Of a stretch of DNA of 64,000 bases, positions 52,432-63,900 are shown in pieces. The position numbers were made by a program, and so were the translations under genes. Under the pieces are notes generated by a model, which ran no database searches, had not been told where the DNA came from, and saw nothing but the letters and a program-made list of their open reading frames with translations. Every line of letters begins with the position of its first letter. Positions within the stretch are counted from its first letter, which is position 1. The stretch is taken from contig CAMZKL010000016.1 of NCBI GenBank assembly GCA_947311255.1, positions 30,959 through 94,958 of the forward strand, read 5' to 3'. Origin of the DNA: an uncultured Chlorobiota bacterium. GTDB taxonomy: Bacteria; Bacteroidota; Bacteroidia; Bacteroidales; JAADGE01.

Positions 52432-53928
52432 ATGAAAAATATAATAAAATATACAACAGTGCTTTTACTAACAGGAGTGTTGCTGTTTACATCTTGTAAA
52501 GAATATTTAGATGTAAATACTGACCCGAACAATCCAACTGAGGTTTCTCCGGATTTAATTCTTCCTGTTGCACAAAAATACACAGCAAACATTATGAATG
52601 CTTCTGACGCTGGCGGGAGAAGATTAGCAGCCCTTTCAAACTTAATGATGTATAATTGGAGTCAATCTGATGGATTTTCATGGTATAATGATGAGTTTAA
52701 CTATTTAGTTACAACAAACTTTTATAGTGCTCTTTTTGACAGAGTATATCCTTATGCTTTGAAACAATATACTGAACTTGAAAATCTTGAAGCTGAATAT
52801 GACTATTATAAAGCAATTGGAATGATTATGAAAGCATATCATTTTCAAATTTTGGTTGACTTATACGGAGACATACCTTATTCTGAGGCATTACAAAGAG
52901 CCACAATTCCAACTCCAAAATATGATGATGCACAGACAATTTATGAAGATTTAATTGTGAAATTAACAGCAGCAATAGATTTAATTAATAATGTGCCAGA
53001 ACTTCATAAAACGCCAGATACAGATGATGCTATTTTTGGTGGAGATATGATGAAATGGAAACAATTTGCCAATTCAATTAAGTTAAGAATTCTTACAAGA
53101 CAAATGAGTATGTCTGGAAGAAGTGCTTATTTAACAGCTGAATTTGCAGCAATTGCAACTGAAGGCTCTGGATTTATTGATGCTGATGTAGCAATTAATC
53201 CTGGTTATTTAAAAGAAAAGAATAAACAAAATCCATTTTGGAATCTTTATGGAAAAGATGAAGGAGGAACTTTAACTTTAACAAGCAAAGCAACTTGTGC
53301 AACACAATGGGTTTTAGATTATTTAACTAATTCAAATGACCCAAGAATTGATTTTATATATGAAAAACCTGCTGACGGACATTTAGGCGTTCCTCAAGGG
53401 CTTAAAGATTATGATACACCTATCCCAGATGTTTATATGCCAGACAAAGTATCTAATTTAGGACCAGGCGTTTTAAAGGGACCCTCACAAGGTGCTGTTA
53501 TTTATACATTAGCAGAATGTAAATTTAATCAAGCAGAAGCTGCATTGCCAGGAAATGGATATTTAGCTGCAAATCCAAAAAGTCTTTATGAAGAAGGTAT
53601 AGAAGCTTCTTTTGCATATTTAGGTGCAACAGGTGCAAGTACTTATTATGGTCAAAGTATGAACAATGTTGGATATGATGCTTCTGCAAATAAATTAGAA
53701 GCAATTATAACACAAAAATGGATTGCAATGAACAGTATAACAGCCGAACAATCTTGGTTTGATTATAGCAGAACAGGTTTTCCTTCAAACCTTCCTGTTC
53801 CAATGTTTGCTCCTACTACTGACAGACCGGTAAGATTATTTTATCCTTCAAGCGAAATATCAGCTAACGGAGGAAATGTTCCTACACAACCAGATGCTTT
53901 TACTGCTAAAATATTTTGGGCAAATTAA
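52432..53928 (+). CDS. susD: SusD/RagB family lipoprotein
   Basis: Lipobox FTSC; LDVNTDPNNP, LVDLYGDIPYSEAL, PKYD, WKQFANSIKLR, IITQKWIA, RTGFP, RLFYP. Confidence 0.93.
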   Translation: MKNIIKYTTVLLLTGVLLFTSCKEYLDVNTDPNNPTEVSPDLILPVAQKYTANIMNASDAGGRRLAALSNLMMYNWSQSDGFSWYNDEFNYLVTTNFYSALFDRVYPYALKQYTELENLEAEYDYYKAIGMIMKAYHFQILVDLYGDIPYSEALQRATIPTPKYDDAQTIYEDLIVKLTAAIDLINNVPELHKTPDTDDAIFGGDMMKWKQFANSIKLRILTRQMSMSGRSAYLTAEFAAIATEGSGFIDADVAINPGYLKEKNKQNPFWNLYGKDEGGTLTLTSKATCATQWVLDYLTNSNDPRIDFIYEKPADGHLGVPQGLKDYDTPIPDVYMPDKVSNLGPGVLKGPSQGAVIYTLAECKFNQAEAALPGNGYLAANPKSLYEEGIEASFAYLGATGASTYYGQSMNNVGYDASANKLEAIITQKWIAMNSITAEQSWFDYSRTGFPSNLPVPMFAPTTDRPVRLFYPSSEISANGGNVPTQPDAFTAKIFWAN

Positions 53929-53946
53929 TTTAAAAAATTTTAAAAT

Positions 53947-54786
53947 ATGAAAAATATAAAATATATAATACTGTTATTTATAAGTTTTGCAATGATTAGC
54001 TCTTGCGACTTATTTAAAAAAGATGAAACATTTGTTGAAAATAGCAAGGGTCCAAACTTTGTAACTTTTGAAAAAAGTAATATCATTTACTCACAAGTAG
54101 CAACAGGTGATGAATATACTTTTGAAGTTGAAATTAAAGTGGCTGGACCAACAGTTGCTGATTTAACTGCAGATGTTCCTGTAACAATTGAAATAGATCC
54201 AACTTCTACTGCTATCGCAGGAACTCATTACAGATTTGACAATAATACATTGACATTAAAAGCAAATAATAATTATTTAGGTAAATTCTATGGGACTATG
54301 ATAACTGATGGTATAGTTGCTCCTCTTCCTGCTGATCCTAAGATTATTTTTAAAGCTAAAGTAAATGGTGTTGATGGTGTTGTTGCAAGTGGAAAGCCTG
54401 TCACGGTTAATCTTGTTTATGGTTGCCTTTCGCATTTTGAAGGAACTTATGATGTAACTACTCAATATACTGCTTATGATGGAAGTGTATCTACTTTAAC
54501 TTGGACAGAAGATATTACTAAAACTGGAGTTGAAGAATACAGAACAACACGAGTTGGACATTGGACTCCTGTACAATTAGGAGGAACTCCTGGTTTTACA
54601 TTTTTTAATAAATGTGATGACTTTTCTGTCCCTGGACAAAATTTAGTTGATTTATACGCAAATTGGGTTTCAGGAAATGGTAGTGCTAATGCAACAGGTG
54701 ATACTTTAACGTTTAATTATACAATTTGTTACCCTAAAGGTAGCGATCATTGTAGAAGTTATTCTTGCGAATTTGTAAAACAATAA
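53947..54786 (+). CDS. Surface lipoprotein with Ig/Calx-beta/DUF1735-like N-domain
   Basis: Lipobox ISSC; STAIAGTHY motif; FEGTYDV; downstream of susD. Confidence 0.7.
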   Translation: MKNIKYIILLFISFAMISSCDLFKKDETFVENSKGPNFVTFEKSNIIYSQVATGDEYTFEVEIKVAGPTVADLTADVPVTIEIDPTSTAIAGTHYRFDNNTLTLKANNNYLGKFYGTMITDGIVAPLPADPKIIFKAKVNGVDGVVASGKPVTVNLVYGCLSHFEGTYDVTTQYTAYDGSVSTLTWTEDITKTGVEEYRTTRVGHWTPVQLGGTPGFTFFNKCDDFSVPGQNLVDLYANWVSGNGSANATGDTLTFNYTICYPKGSDHCRSYSCEFVKQ

Positions 54787-54810
54787 TTAATAATTTAAAA
54801 TAAAATTATA

Positions 54811-55650
54811 ATGAAAATAAATCTTAAATATAATATATTTGGGTTAGCTTTGTTGATTATAGTCAGTGTTATGGGCTGTAAAGAAAAGAAAGTTACGGAC
54901 CCTATTGATCCTGCGGTTCATCCCGTAGCAACATTCACTACCGATTTTACAGGTAATAGTGTTTTTGAAGGTGATACAATAAAATATACAATCACAATTG
55001 ATAAAATGCTAACAAGATCACTTACTTTTTCTTTAAAAGTTACAGATACAACTGCTACGGCTGTAGATGGAGAAGACTTTACTTGGGAACCAGTTGTCAT
55101 GGCTCCATATACAAATGAAGTTACTTTTAATGTAATTTTTAAAAATACTAGTGTTCCTAGAGCCGTTCGTACTGCAAAATTCGAAATAGGTGTGTTCCAG
55201 TTAGCTGAAAAAAACTTACTAGGACCAGCTACCAAAAATCCTGTACATAACCTTACAATTATGAATAATAATGCAAGATTTTCTTTTGAATGGACTCCTG
55301 CAGCTGAAGGTGAAGATGTAAATGATATGGATATTGTAATAGTTAATGAAGCAATGACAGCAGTTATGGATGGATGGGCAGGAGCTACAAGTAATAATCC
55401 TGAATATACTGCTTTATTAGGAAGTGTTGATGATGGCACTTATTATTTAGAAGTTGATCCGTATGATATTTACAGTGCTGCTATGAATTTCACGCTAATT
55501 AGCCAAGGTTCTGGTCTTAGTATTAATACTGGAACAGGAACATTTGATATGAGTCAACTTGATACATACGAAGATGGTGGAGTTGGTAAAAGAATAATGA
55601 AAATTGTTAAAGTTGGCAATGAATATACTTTTACTCAACTTATAAATTAA
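54811..55650 (+). CDS. Surface lipoprotein of unknown function (Calx-beta-like N-domain)
   Basis: Lipobox VMGC; SVFEGD, TAVDGEDF; DMDI...NPE...DGTYYL C-domain. Confidence 0.7.
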   Translation: MKINLKYNIFGLALLIIVSVMGCKEKKVTDPIDPAVHPVATFTTDFTGNSVFEGDTIKYTITIDKMLTRSLTFSLKVTDTTATAVDGEDFTWEPVVMAPYTNEVTFNVIFKNTSVPRAVRTAKFEIGVFQLAEKNLLGPATKNPVHNLTIMNNNARFSFEWTPAAEGEDVNDMDIVIVNEAMTAVMDGWAGATSNNPEYTALLGSVDDGTYYLEVDPYDIYSAAMNFTLISQGSGLSINTGTGTFDMSQLDTYEDGGVGKRIMKIVKVGNEYTFTQLIN

Positions 55651-55674
55651 ACTTTCATTATTAAATGATAATTT

Positions 55675-55707
55675 AAGAAGCTGTCTTTCAAGGCAGCTTC
55701 TTTTTTT
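55675..55707 (+). terminator. Intrinsic terminator of the susC/D operon
   Basis: AAGAAGCTGTCTT-TC-AAGGCAGCTTCTT followed by a T run. Confidence 0.82.
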
Positions 55708-55745
55708 ATTTAGAAATATTATATTTGCAAAATATATATTAGTGT

Positions 55746-56819
55746 ATGTCTATAAAAAAAAATAAAAAATCGGCACTATCCATAAAAAAAGGAGTATCAC
55801 AAGTTAAAAAACTTGATAAAAAAACAATAGTTAAATATACTTTGTCTAAAAAAACTAGAAAAACGCCCAAATTTTTTTTAGAAGGTATTTTGAAAAATAA
55901 TATATCTGTTTTAAGCCAAGCAATAACTTTAATTGAAAGTTCAAAAAAAGAACACAAAGATAAATCTCAAGAAATAATAAACTTATGTTTGCCATATTCC
56001 GGAAAGTCTCTACGGGTTGGCATTACGGGAGTTCCTGGTGTTGGTAAAAGTACATTTATTGAGGCTTTGGGAATGATGTTGGTTAACAAAGGGAAAAAAG
56101 TTGCTGTTCTTGCCATTGACCCTTCAAGTAAAAAGTCTGGCGGGAGTATATTGGGAGATAAAACAAGAATGGAAGAATTAAGTGCAAGTAAAAATGCTTT
56201 TATCAGACCTTCGCCAGCAGGAAGTACTTTGGGAGGTGTAACCCGAAAAACTGCGGAAACAATTATCCTTTGTGAAGCGGCTGGTTTTGATGTAATCTTT
56301 GTTGAAACAGTTGGTGTAGGTCAATCGGAACTTGCAGTAAGTTCAATGACAGATTTTTTTCTTTTGCTTATGCTTGCAGGTGCCGGAGATGAATTGCAAG
56401 GGATTAAACGAGGCATTATGGAAATGGCAGATGCAATTGTTATAAATAAAGCAGATGGAGATAATATAAATAAATCTAGACTTGCTATGGCAGAATATAA
56501 AAATGCTTTACATTTGTTTCCTGCATCTAAATCCGGTTGGATTCCAATTGTTAAAACTGCATCTGCATATACAAAAAATGGTATTGAAGAGGTTTGGGAC
56601 ACAATTTTGGAATATGAAAAACTTGTAACAAAAACATCTTATTTATTTCAGAAAAGAAACGAGCAAGCAAAATACAGAATGTATGAAACTATAAACGAAG
56701 AGTTGAAAAATCGTTTTTATAATGATATACAAAATAAAAAAAAGATTTCAGAACTTGAAAAGAAGGTTCTTTCCGGAGAAATTAGTCCTTATTTTGCTGC
56801 AAAAGAGCTTTTAAAATAA
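55746..56819 (+). CDS. meaB: Methylmalonyl-CoA mutase-associated GTPase
   Basis: LSQAITLIES, GITGVPGVGKSTFIE, AIDPSS..SGGSILGDKTRM, ETVGVGQSE, GDELQGIKRG, INKADG; -7 box TATATTTG at 55720-27. Confidence 0.95.
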   Translation: MSIKKNKKSALSIKKGVSQVKKLDKKTIVKYTLSKKTRKTPKFFLEGILKNNISVLSQAITLIESSKKEHKDKSQEIINLCLPYSGKSLRVGITGVPGVGKSTFIEALGMMLVNKGKKVAVLAIDPSSKKSGGSILGDKTRMEELSASKNAFIRPSPAGSTLGGVTRKTAETIILCEAAGFDVIFVETVGVGQSELAVSSMTDFFLLLMLAGAGDELQGIKRGIMEMADAIVINKADGDNINKSRLAMAEYKNALHLFPASKSGWIPIVKTASAYTKNGIEEVWDTILEYEKLVTKTSYLFQKRNEQAKYRMYETINEELKNRFYNDIQNKKKISELEKKVLSGEISPYFAAKELLK

Positions 56820-57301
56820 TATTTTTAATTTTAGAGTAACTATTAAATGTATTAACTGAACATGGCAAACTCATACTTTTATTTTTCAACACAATTTATG
56901 AAATTTAATAATTAAAACTAAGGTTTTTTAAGAATAATGAAACTAAAAAATGTAAAAATCAAAAATTAATGTTATCGTGACACGTTAAAACGAGACAAGA
57001 TTCAATGCAAATTAATAATTTTAATTAAGTATGAGTTTACCCTTGATTAACTGAAGCCTTTCATAATTCCTTAACATAACATACTGTATGAAAATTAAAT
57101 AAAATTGATTAACGATTGCTTTATTTCATGTAAAATTGGATTTTTGTCCATAACTTATTGATATTTTTGTATAAATATTGAATAATTTAAATTGTACTGC
57201 ATTGGCATAAATGTTATTGTTAGACAAAAATAAATTTGGAATCTTGTTTTTACATAGTCATAGAAGCCGTGGGTTTAAAAGTACTATACTCATTAATTTG
57301 T

Positions 57302-58087
57302 TTAACTTTTTCCAAACTTCTCAAATACACCTAAACCAAATAAAGCGAAGTCAAATTTTACAGGGTCTTTTTTATCAAATTGTTTTAAATTATCAGTAAG
57401 TTCCTCAACTGCTTTCCAATCATTTTGTTTTCTTGTTAGCATACCCAATGCTCTTGCCGTATTTCCTACGTGCACATCTAAGGGTATTTTTAATGCAGAA
57501 GTAGGAATATCTTTCCATAAACCAAAATGAACACCTCTTTTATCTTTTCTAATCATCCACATAAGAAACATATTTAAGCGTTTTGCAGCCGATTTTTTTT
57601 CAATATTTGCAATATGCTTTTCTGTTCTTTTTTCGTGTGGTAGTTCAAAAAAAATTTCTCGGAAGTATTTTATTGCAGAATAAATTGTTCTGTCAGTTTT
57701 GTACCCTTGTGTAAAAACTTCTTCTAACCCTTTATGGTTCTTGTATATGTATTGAAGAGCAGCAAGAAAATATTTGAAATCAACAAGTTGAAATGTCCTG
57801 TGTGTAAAGTCATTTATGTTTTCTAAATCAGCTTTTGATAAATTAATAATGAATTCATAAGGATTATTATGCATAATATCAACAATTTTTTTTGCATTTC
57901 TAATAATCATCTTTCTGTTTCCCCATGCTATTGTTGAACTTAAAAAAGCAATAATTTCAATATCTTCTTTTTTTGAAAATTGGTGTGCTATTTGAATCGG
58001 GTCAGATTTGATAAACTCAGGTGTATTATACTGATTATGTTTTTCTTCTAGAAGTTCTTTTTGAGTATTTTTAGAAATTTTATTCAT
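57302..58087 (-). CDS. TIGR02757/DUF2400 family protein
   Basis: SDPIQIAH, IAWGNR, SAAKRLNMFLMWMIR, IPLDVHVG, DPVKFDFALFGLG. Confidence 0.9.
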   Translation of the reverse strand: MNKISKNTQKELLEEKHNQYNTPEFIKSDPIQIAHQFSKKEDIEIIAFLSSTIAWGNRKMIIRNAKKIVDIMHNNPYEFIINLSKADLENINDFTHRTFQLVDFKYFLAALQYIYKNHKGLEEVFTQGYKTDRTIYSAIKYFREIFFELPHEKRTEKHIANIEKKSAAKRLNMFLMWMIRKDKRGVHFGLWKDIPTSALKIPLDVHVGNTARALGMLTRKQNDWKAVEELTDNLKQFDKKDPVKFDFALFGLGVFEKFGKS

Positions 58088-58157
58088 TTTTTAATATTAT
58101 CTTGCAACTATTATTAAATTTATCATCATAAAAGTAAATAATATAAATAATTAAAAC

Positions 58158-60614
58158 ATGAATAAATTAAGTTTTCTTTCAATATTGATACTATTTTCAA
58201 TATCTGTTAATTCTCAGGTAAGAAATGTTAATCCGGACAAAAATTCAGAGCCATGGCTGTTAGGAGGATTGCGAATCCCTTCGCAAGAGGAGATTAATAA
58301 AATACCGGTTGTAGTTAATTCGTATGAAAAAAGTAATAAAGACTTACCAACAACACTAGATAATTCTACAAAACCTTATTTTAGACCTGTTTTCAATCAA
58401 ACTGATGGGAGTTGTGCACAAGCAAGTGGTATTGCATATAGTTTTACCTATGAAATTAATAGAGAAAGAGGAACTAGTGCAAATTCAGGTGAAAACCAAT
58501 ATCCTTCTCATTACACCTACAATTTTTTGAATAATGGAGATGGTGCAAATGGTTCTTGGTTTTGGGATGGCTGGGAAATAATAAAAGCAAATGGTTGCCC
58601 AAATGTTTCTACTTATGGAGGGCTTGCAGATAACGGTGCTAAATACTGGATGAGCGGTTATGGTGATTATAGAACAAATATGAATAACCGTGTAAAAGAT
58701 GTTTTTTCTATTGATGTTTCTACACCTGATGGATTAGAAACTTTAAAACATTGGATGTATGATCATCTAGAAGGAGAATCCGATGGTGGACTCGTAAATT
58801 TTGGAGCAGGAATTAGTGATGGAGATTATAATATGACTTGGGATAATATAATTACTAAATGGCATAATTCTGCTAATCATGCAATGACTTTTGTTGGTTG
58901 GGATGATAATATCGAATATGATTATAATAATGATGGAAATATTACAAATGATGTTGATATAAACGGAGATGGAATTGTAAATATGCAAGATTGGGAAAAA
59001 GGTGCATTGCTAATGGTAAACTCATGGGGAACTTGGTGGGGGAATAATGGGAAAGCATATGTTATGTATAAATTACTTGCAGATCCTATTTCAGAAGGAG
59101 GTATTTTTTCAAATAAAGTTTATTCAATACATGTAAAAGAAAGTTGTACTCCGCAACTAACAATGAAAGTTAAAATTGCACATAATTCAAGAAATAAAAT
59201 TAAGATTTATGCAGGAGTTTCTTCTGATTTAAGTGCATCAGAACCTGAAAATACAATTTCTTTTCCTTTGTTTAATAAACAAGGTGGAAGTTATGATATG
59301 CGTGGAAATTCGTCAACACCAATTGAAATTACTCTTGATATTACTCCTTTGTTAAGCTATGTAAATAGTGGAGAAAATTCTAAATTCTTTCTTTTAGTTG
59401 ATGAAAACGATGGAACAGGAACATCTACTGGGCAAATTTATGATTTCTCAATTGTTGATAATGCAAATACCGAAATAATATGCAATCAGCATAATGTTGC
59501 AATTGTTAATGATGATATCACTACTTTAAGTTTAAATGGAAATGTTTCTTTTGATTCTCCAGAGATTACAACAATGAGTCTTGATAATGCAATTGTAAAT
59601 CAAACATATTCGCAACAATTAAATGCTACAGGTGGTACACAGCCATACAATTGGTCGGTTGTAATTGAGTATAATGAAGAAAACTTAAATGATGCTTTCC
59701 CCATAGCAACAAATCTATTAACACCAACAGATTATGATGATGGATATGCTTCTAAAACGATTGATTTTGAATTTCCTTTCTTTGGAGAAGAATATAATCA
59801 ATTATATATTTCTACTGACGGATCTATTGTTTTTGAGCCTCAGTTTTCATATATTAGAAGTGAAGATGCTATAAAAGGGGCAAAAGTAATATCTGTTTTT
59901 GCGTCAGATTTAATGATTTTCCCTGCTAATGGAGATGGACTTTTTTATGAAGGGGATGAAAATAGTGCAACTTTTAAATGGAAAACTTCTTTGTATGGTA
60001 ATGAATCTGCAAATATTGAAGTTGCTCTTAAATTATATCCCTCAGGTGAAATTAAATTCTTTTATGGAGATAATATAACCGATGGTTTAGTTTGGGCTGC
60101 AGGTATATCATATGGAGATAGGATTAATAGTGTGATTTCTTCAAATTCGGGAATTTATAATCCTGATAATGAAAAACTGAGATTTATATCTATACCATTT
60201 CCAAAAGGAATGTCAATAACAAATGAAGGTGTATTTGAAGGAACTCCAACACAAGAAAATGGTTCTTGGAATATTAGTTTTGCTGTTACAGATTATAACA
60301 ATATAACTAAAATAAAACAACTTACTTTTGCAACTTCAAGTTCTGAAGTTCAAAATATAGACAAACAATTTGTTGAAATTTATCCCAATCCTGCAACAGA
60401 TTTTCTAAATATATCATACTTATTAAAAAATGAGTCTTATGTGAAGATACAAATTTTAGATATTACAGGAAAAATTATTAAAACCCTTATAAACGAAAAA
60501 CAAAGGGCAGGAGATTATAATGTTTTTAAAAATATTAATATTTCTTCTGGTTTATATATGTTAAGAGTAGAAGTAAATGGTAATTTATTTTCGAGGAAAC
60601 TTATTATAAAATAG
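58158..60614 (+). CDS. T9SS-secreted papain-like (C1) cysteine peptidase with accessory Ig and NIDO-like domains
   Basis: NQTDGSCAQ (Gln/Cys), NHAMTFVGWD (His), VNSWGTWWG (Asn); CTD IYPNPA...ILDITGK...SGLYMLRV...KLIIK. Confidence 0.85.
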   Translation: MNKLSFLSILILFSISVNSQVRNVNPDKNSEPWLLGGLRIPSQEEINKIPVVVNSYEKSNKDLPTTLDNSTKPYFRPVFNQTDGSCAQASGIAYSFTYEINRERGTSANSGENQYPSHYTYNFLNNGDGANGSWFWDGWEIIKANGCPNVSTYGGLADNGAKYWMSGYGDYRTNMNNRVKDVFSIDVSTPDGLETLKHWMYDHLEGESDGGLVNFGAGISDGDYNMTWDNIITKWHNSANHAMTFVGWDDNIEYDYNNDGNITNDVDINGDGIVNMQDWEKGALLMVNSWGTWWGNNGKAYVMYKLLADPISEGGIFSNKVYSIHVKESCTPQLTMKVKIAHNSRNKIKIYAGVSSDLSASEPENTISFPLFNKQGGSYDMRGNSSTPIEITLDITPLLSYVNSGENSKFFLLVDENDGTGTSTGQIYDFSIVDNANTEIICNQHNVAIVNDDITTLSLNGNVSFDSPEITTMSLDNAIVNQTYSQQLNATGGTQPYNWSVVIEYNEENLNDAFPIATNLLTPTDYDDGYASKTIDFEFPFFGEEYNQLYISTDGSIVFEPQFSYIRSEDAIKGAKVISVFASDLMIFPANGDGLFYEGDENSATFKWKTSLYGNESANIEVALKLYPSGEIKFFYGDNITDGLVWAAGISYGDRINSVISSNSGIYNPDNEKLRFISIPFPKGMSITNEGVFEGTPTQENGSWNISFAVTDYNNITKIKQLTFATSSSEVQNIDKQFVEIYPNPATDFLNISYLLKNESYVKIQILDITGKIIKTLINEKQRAGDYNVFKNINISSGLYMLRVEVNGNLFSRKLIIK

Positions 60615-60946
60615 TTTTTGGTATTTTTTTCATTGTAGTTTGATAAATTTTTAAATTTACAAAGTTAAGCTACACCGACACTTTGTGTACAGATAATAAT
60701 TAGAATACTAAAAATAAATAGTTTAGAGGATGATTAATGTCTATTTTCTCTCCCATTTAAGTTGGAGCTTATAAATACCACTATTTATAATGGTTTTAAC
60801 CCGTCTTTTAATGTCTTTTTTCGGACAACGATGATTTATTCGTTTTAAACTTATATGCTAAAAGACGTTTTTTTATTTTATTTGTTAGTTTAGTCTAAAA
60901 AACTAAAATACTAAAAGAAACCTAGCAGGGAGGGAACCAAACTAAT

Positions 60947-63900
60947 TTATATTTTGAATCCTAAAATTAAAATATCATCAATTTGTAAAGAATTAGCTTT
61001 CCAATTATAGAATGTTTCTTCAATAATTTGTTGTTGCTCATCCATGTCTTTATCTGAAATTTCAATAAGTAGTTCTTGGAAACGTTTTATTTTAAATTTT
61101 TTGCCTGTTTTTCCGTTAAATTGATCAACATAGCCATCTGAGAACATATAAACAATATCATCTTTTTGAAGTTGGAATTTTATATTCTTAAATGGAATTT
61201 CTTTAATAAATACTCCAACAGGATTGAATGTTGGTTGCAGAACAATTATTTCTTTGTTTCTAACTATGTATAGAGGATTAATGGCACCGGAATATTCAAA
61301 CTCATTAGTTTTTTTATTTAAAGCACAAATAGCCATTTCAATTCCTTCGTCTCTTTCTTCAAGCCTACCTTTTTGTTTTAATAAAACTTTAATTTCTTTT
61401 CTTAATTCTTCAAGTACCTGACTTGGTTGTGTTATTTTTTTATTCGAAACAATTTCTGTTAGCATAGAAATACCAAGCATACTAACTAATGCGCCAGGTA
61501 TCCCGTGTCCTGTGCAATCTGCTGCTACAACAACAACATGATGTTCTCCCTTTGATTTGTATTCTTTTGCCCAATAAAAGTCGCCACTTAAAATGTCTTT
61601 TGGTTTATAGAATAAATTAAATTCTTGAAAGTTATTTCTGAAAATTTGCAATGAAGGAAACATTGCATCTTGAATTTTTCCTGCATAATTAATACTGTCT
61701 GTAATTTTATCATTACTTGTTTGTAATTCTTCTTTTTGTTCTTTTAACTCTTCTTTTTGCGTTTTAAGTTCTCTGGTTCTTTCGTTAACTTCATTTTCTA
61801 ACTTACGTTTTGCTTTTTTTAGAGAGCGGGTTCTTAATTCAAATATTGAGAATGTTATTACAATTAATATAAATAGCATTAAAGTAGTAAACCAAGTTTC
61901 TTTCCAAAAAGGTGCCTTAATTTCAAAAGAGAAAGTTGCAGGAACTATATTCCAAATGTTGTCATTATTTGCAGAAATAACTTGAAATTGATATTTTCCG
62001 GGAGTAATATTTGAAAAAACAGCAGTTTTTACAGTGCTTGGTGGGGACCAATTATCATTTTGTCCAATCAATCTGTAAGAGTATTTTACACTCTTAGGAT
62101 TTGAAAAACATAAGCCTATATAATTTATACTAAGGTGGTTATTGTTATAAGGTAAAACTAAATTTTGAGGAATATTTTTGTAATTTACAGAATCTGTATA
62201 TATATGCCAATTAGTTTTTTTAAAAAATAATCTAATACTAGAAATGTAAATTTTATTTTTAATAGTATTAGTTTTATCAGCTGATTTATTGTATTTTGCT
62301 GCTCCATTAACCGTTCCAAATCATATATCTCCATTTTTGTCTTCCAGTGCAGCATTTATATTTGTTTCAATCCCAATAAAACCTTCATTTTTTGTATAGT
62401 TTTTTATATCAATAAGCTCATTATTTTTATTGAAGATTAATTTATCAACACCTTTTTCACTTCCACACCAAAGGTTTCCTTCTGTGTCAGAAAAAAGGAG
62501 ATAAATATTGTCAGAACTTAAACCGTCTATTTTTTGAAATTGTTTAAATACATATTTTCCGTTTTCTTTGGTTATTTTAAAAACTCCGTTAGAGCCTGTT
62601 CCCATCCATAATGTTCCTTTTCTGTTAATAATTGTTCTGTAATATACTTTTTCAATATTTGTATTTATTTTTGTAACATTTTTCCCATTATATTTGAAAA
62701 GTCCTTCGTTTATAGTTCCAATCCAAATATTATTTTCATTATCTTCGCAAAATGTCATTATATCTTTGGCATATAAACCAATTTCTTTTCCAAATTGTTT
62801 AACATTTGTACCATCATATAAATATACACCTCTACTATTTGTTCCAAACCATAAATTGTTTTTACTATCTTTATAAATTGTTAAAATTCGTTTGGGAATT
62901 TCCTCGCCAGAAGAAGTTTTTATTTTTGAAAATGTTTTCCCGTTATATTTTATTATTCCGTTATTTCCCGAAGCAAACCAAAGATTACCAAATTTATCAG
63001 TTTCAACATCAAAAAAATGATTGTCTATTGTTCCGTTGTCTTTATTATAGTATGTGTATTTCTTTCCGTCAAATTTTGTTAATCCAAATCCGTAAGTACA
63101 AAACCAAATATTACTGTCCATATCTAAGTTCATTCCCATAACAATCTCATTCTCAAAAGTACTAATTTTATCATAATGAATAAAGGGAATTATGGTATTG
63201 AGCATTGTTGCACCATTTCTACCTCCTATCCAAATGTTTTTTTCATTATCTTCAAAAATTGATAAAACTGCAGTGTTTGTAAGGCCATTTTTTGCAGTAA
63301 TATTATTGAATTTATTGTCTTTTAAAAAACCGCAACCTGCTTGTTCAGAAGAATATCAAAGGTTATCGTCAGAATCAATAAGAACATTATTAATGTTGTT
63401 ATTTAATAAACCGTTTTTTAATGTAAAATTTTGTATTGTAAAATCAGGAGATATTTTGTAAATACCAAAGTTTCTAGATGAAATCCATATATTTCCTTTT
63501 TTGTCTTCGGCAAAAGAAGTCATTGGTTTAACAATATTATTATAAATTTTAGGGATTTCAGTAAAATTGTTATCCTTAAATTTGTATATTTTTCTGTTGC
63601 CTAATGCTAATATATCTCCATTTTGTTTTATTAAAAATTGAATAGGATGTATTTTCTTTGATATTTTTAAAATTACACCATCATCAAAAATATTTGTCCC
63701 TTTAAGTGTTGATATTATTATCCTGCCATCATTTAATTCAAAAGTTCTTAAAATAAAATTTGAGAATAAGCCTTCTTCTTTAGTGAAAGTTTTAAATTTA
63801 CCTTTTTCTAATTTAGACAGCCCATTTTTTGTTGAAATCCAAATTCGTCCTTTCTTGTCTTGTATAATATGTGAAACAATATTATTTTTAAGACCATTTT

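Noticed and set aside
57202-57217. Sigma54-like TTGGCATAAATGTTAT
   Set aside because: The -12 element is a poor match and there is no credible plus-strand gene downstream.
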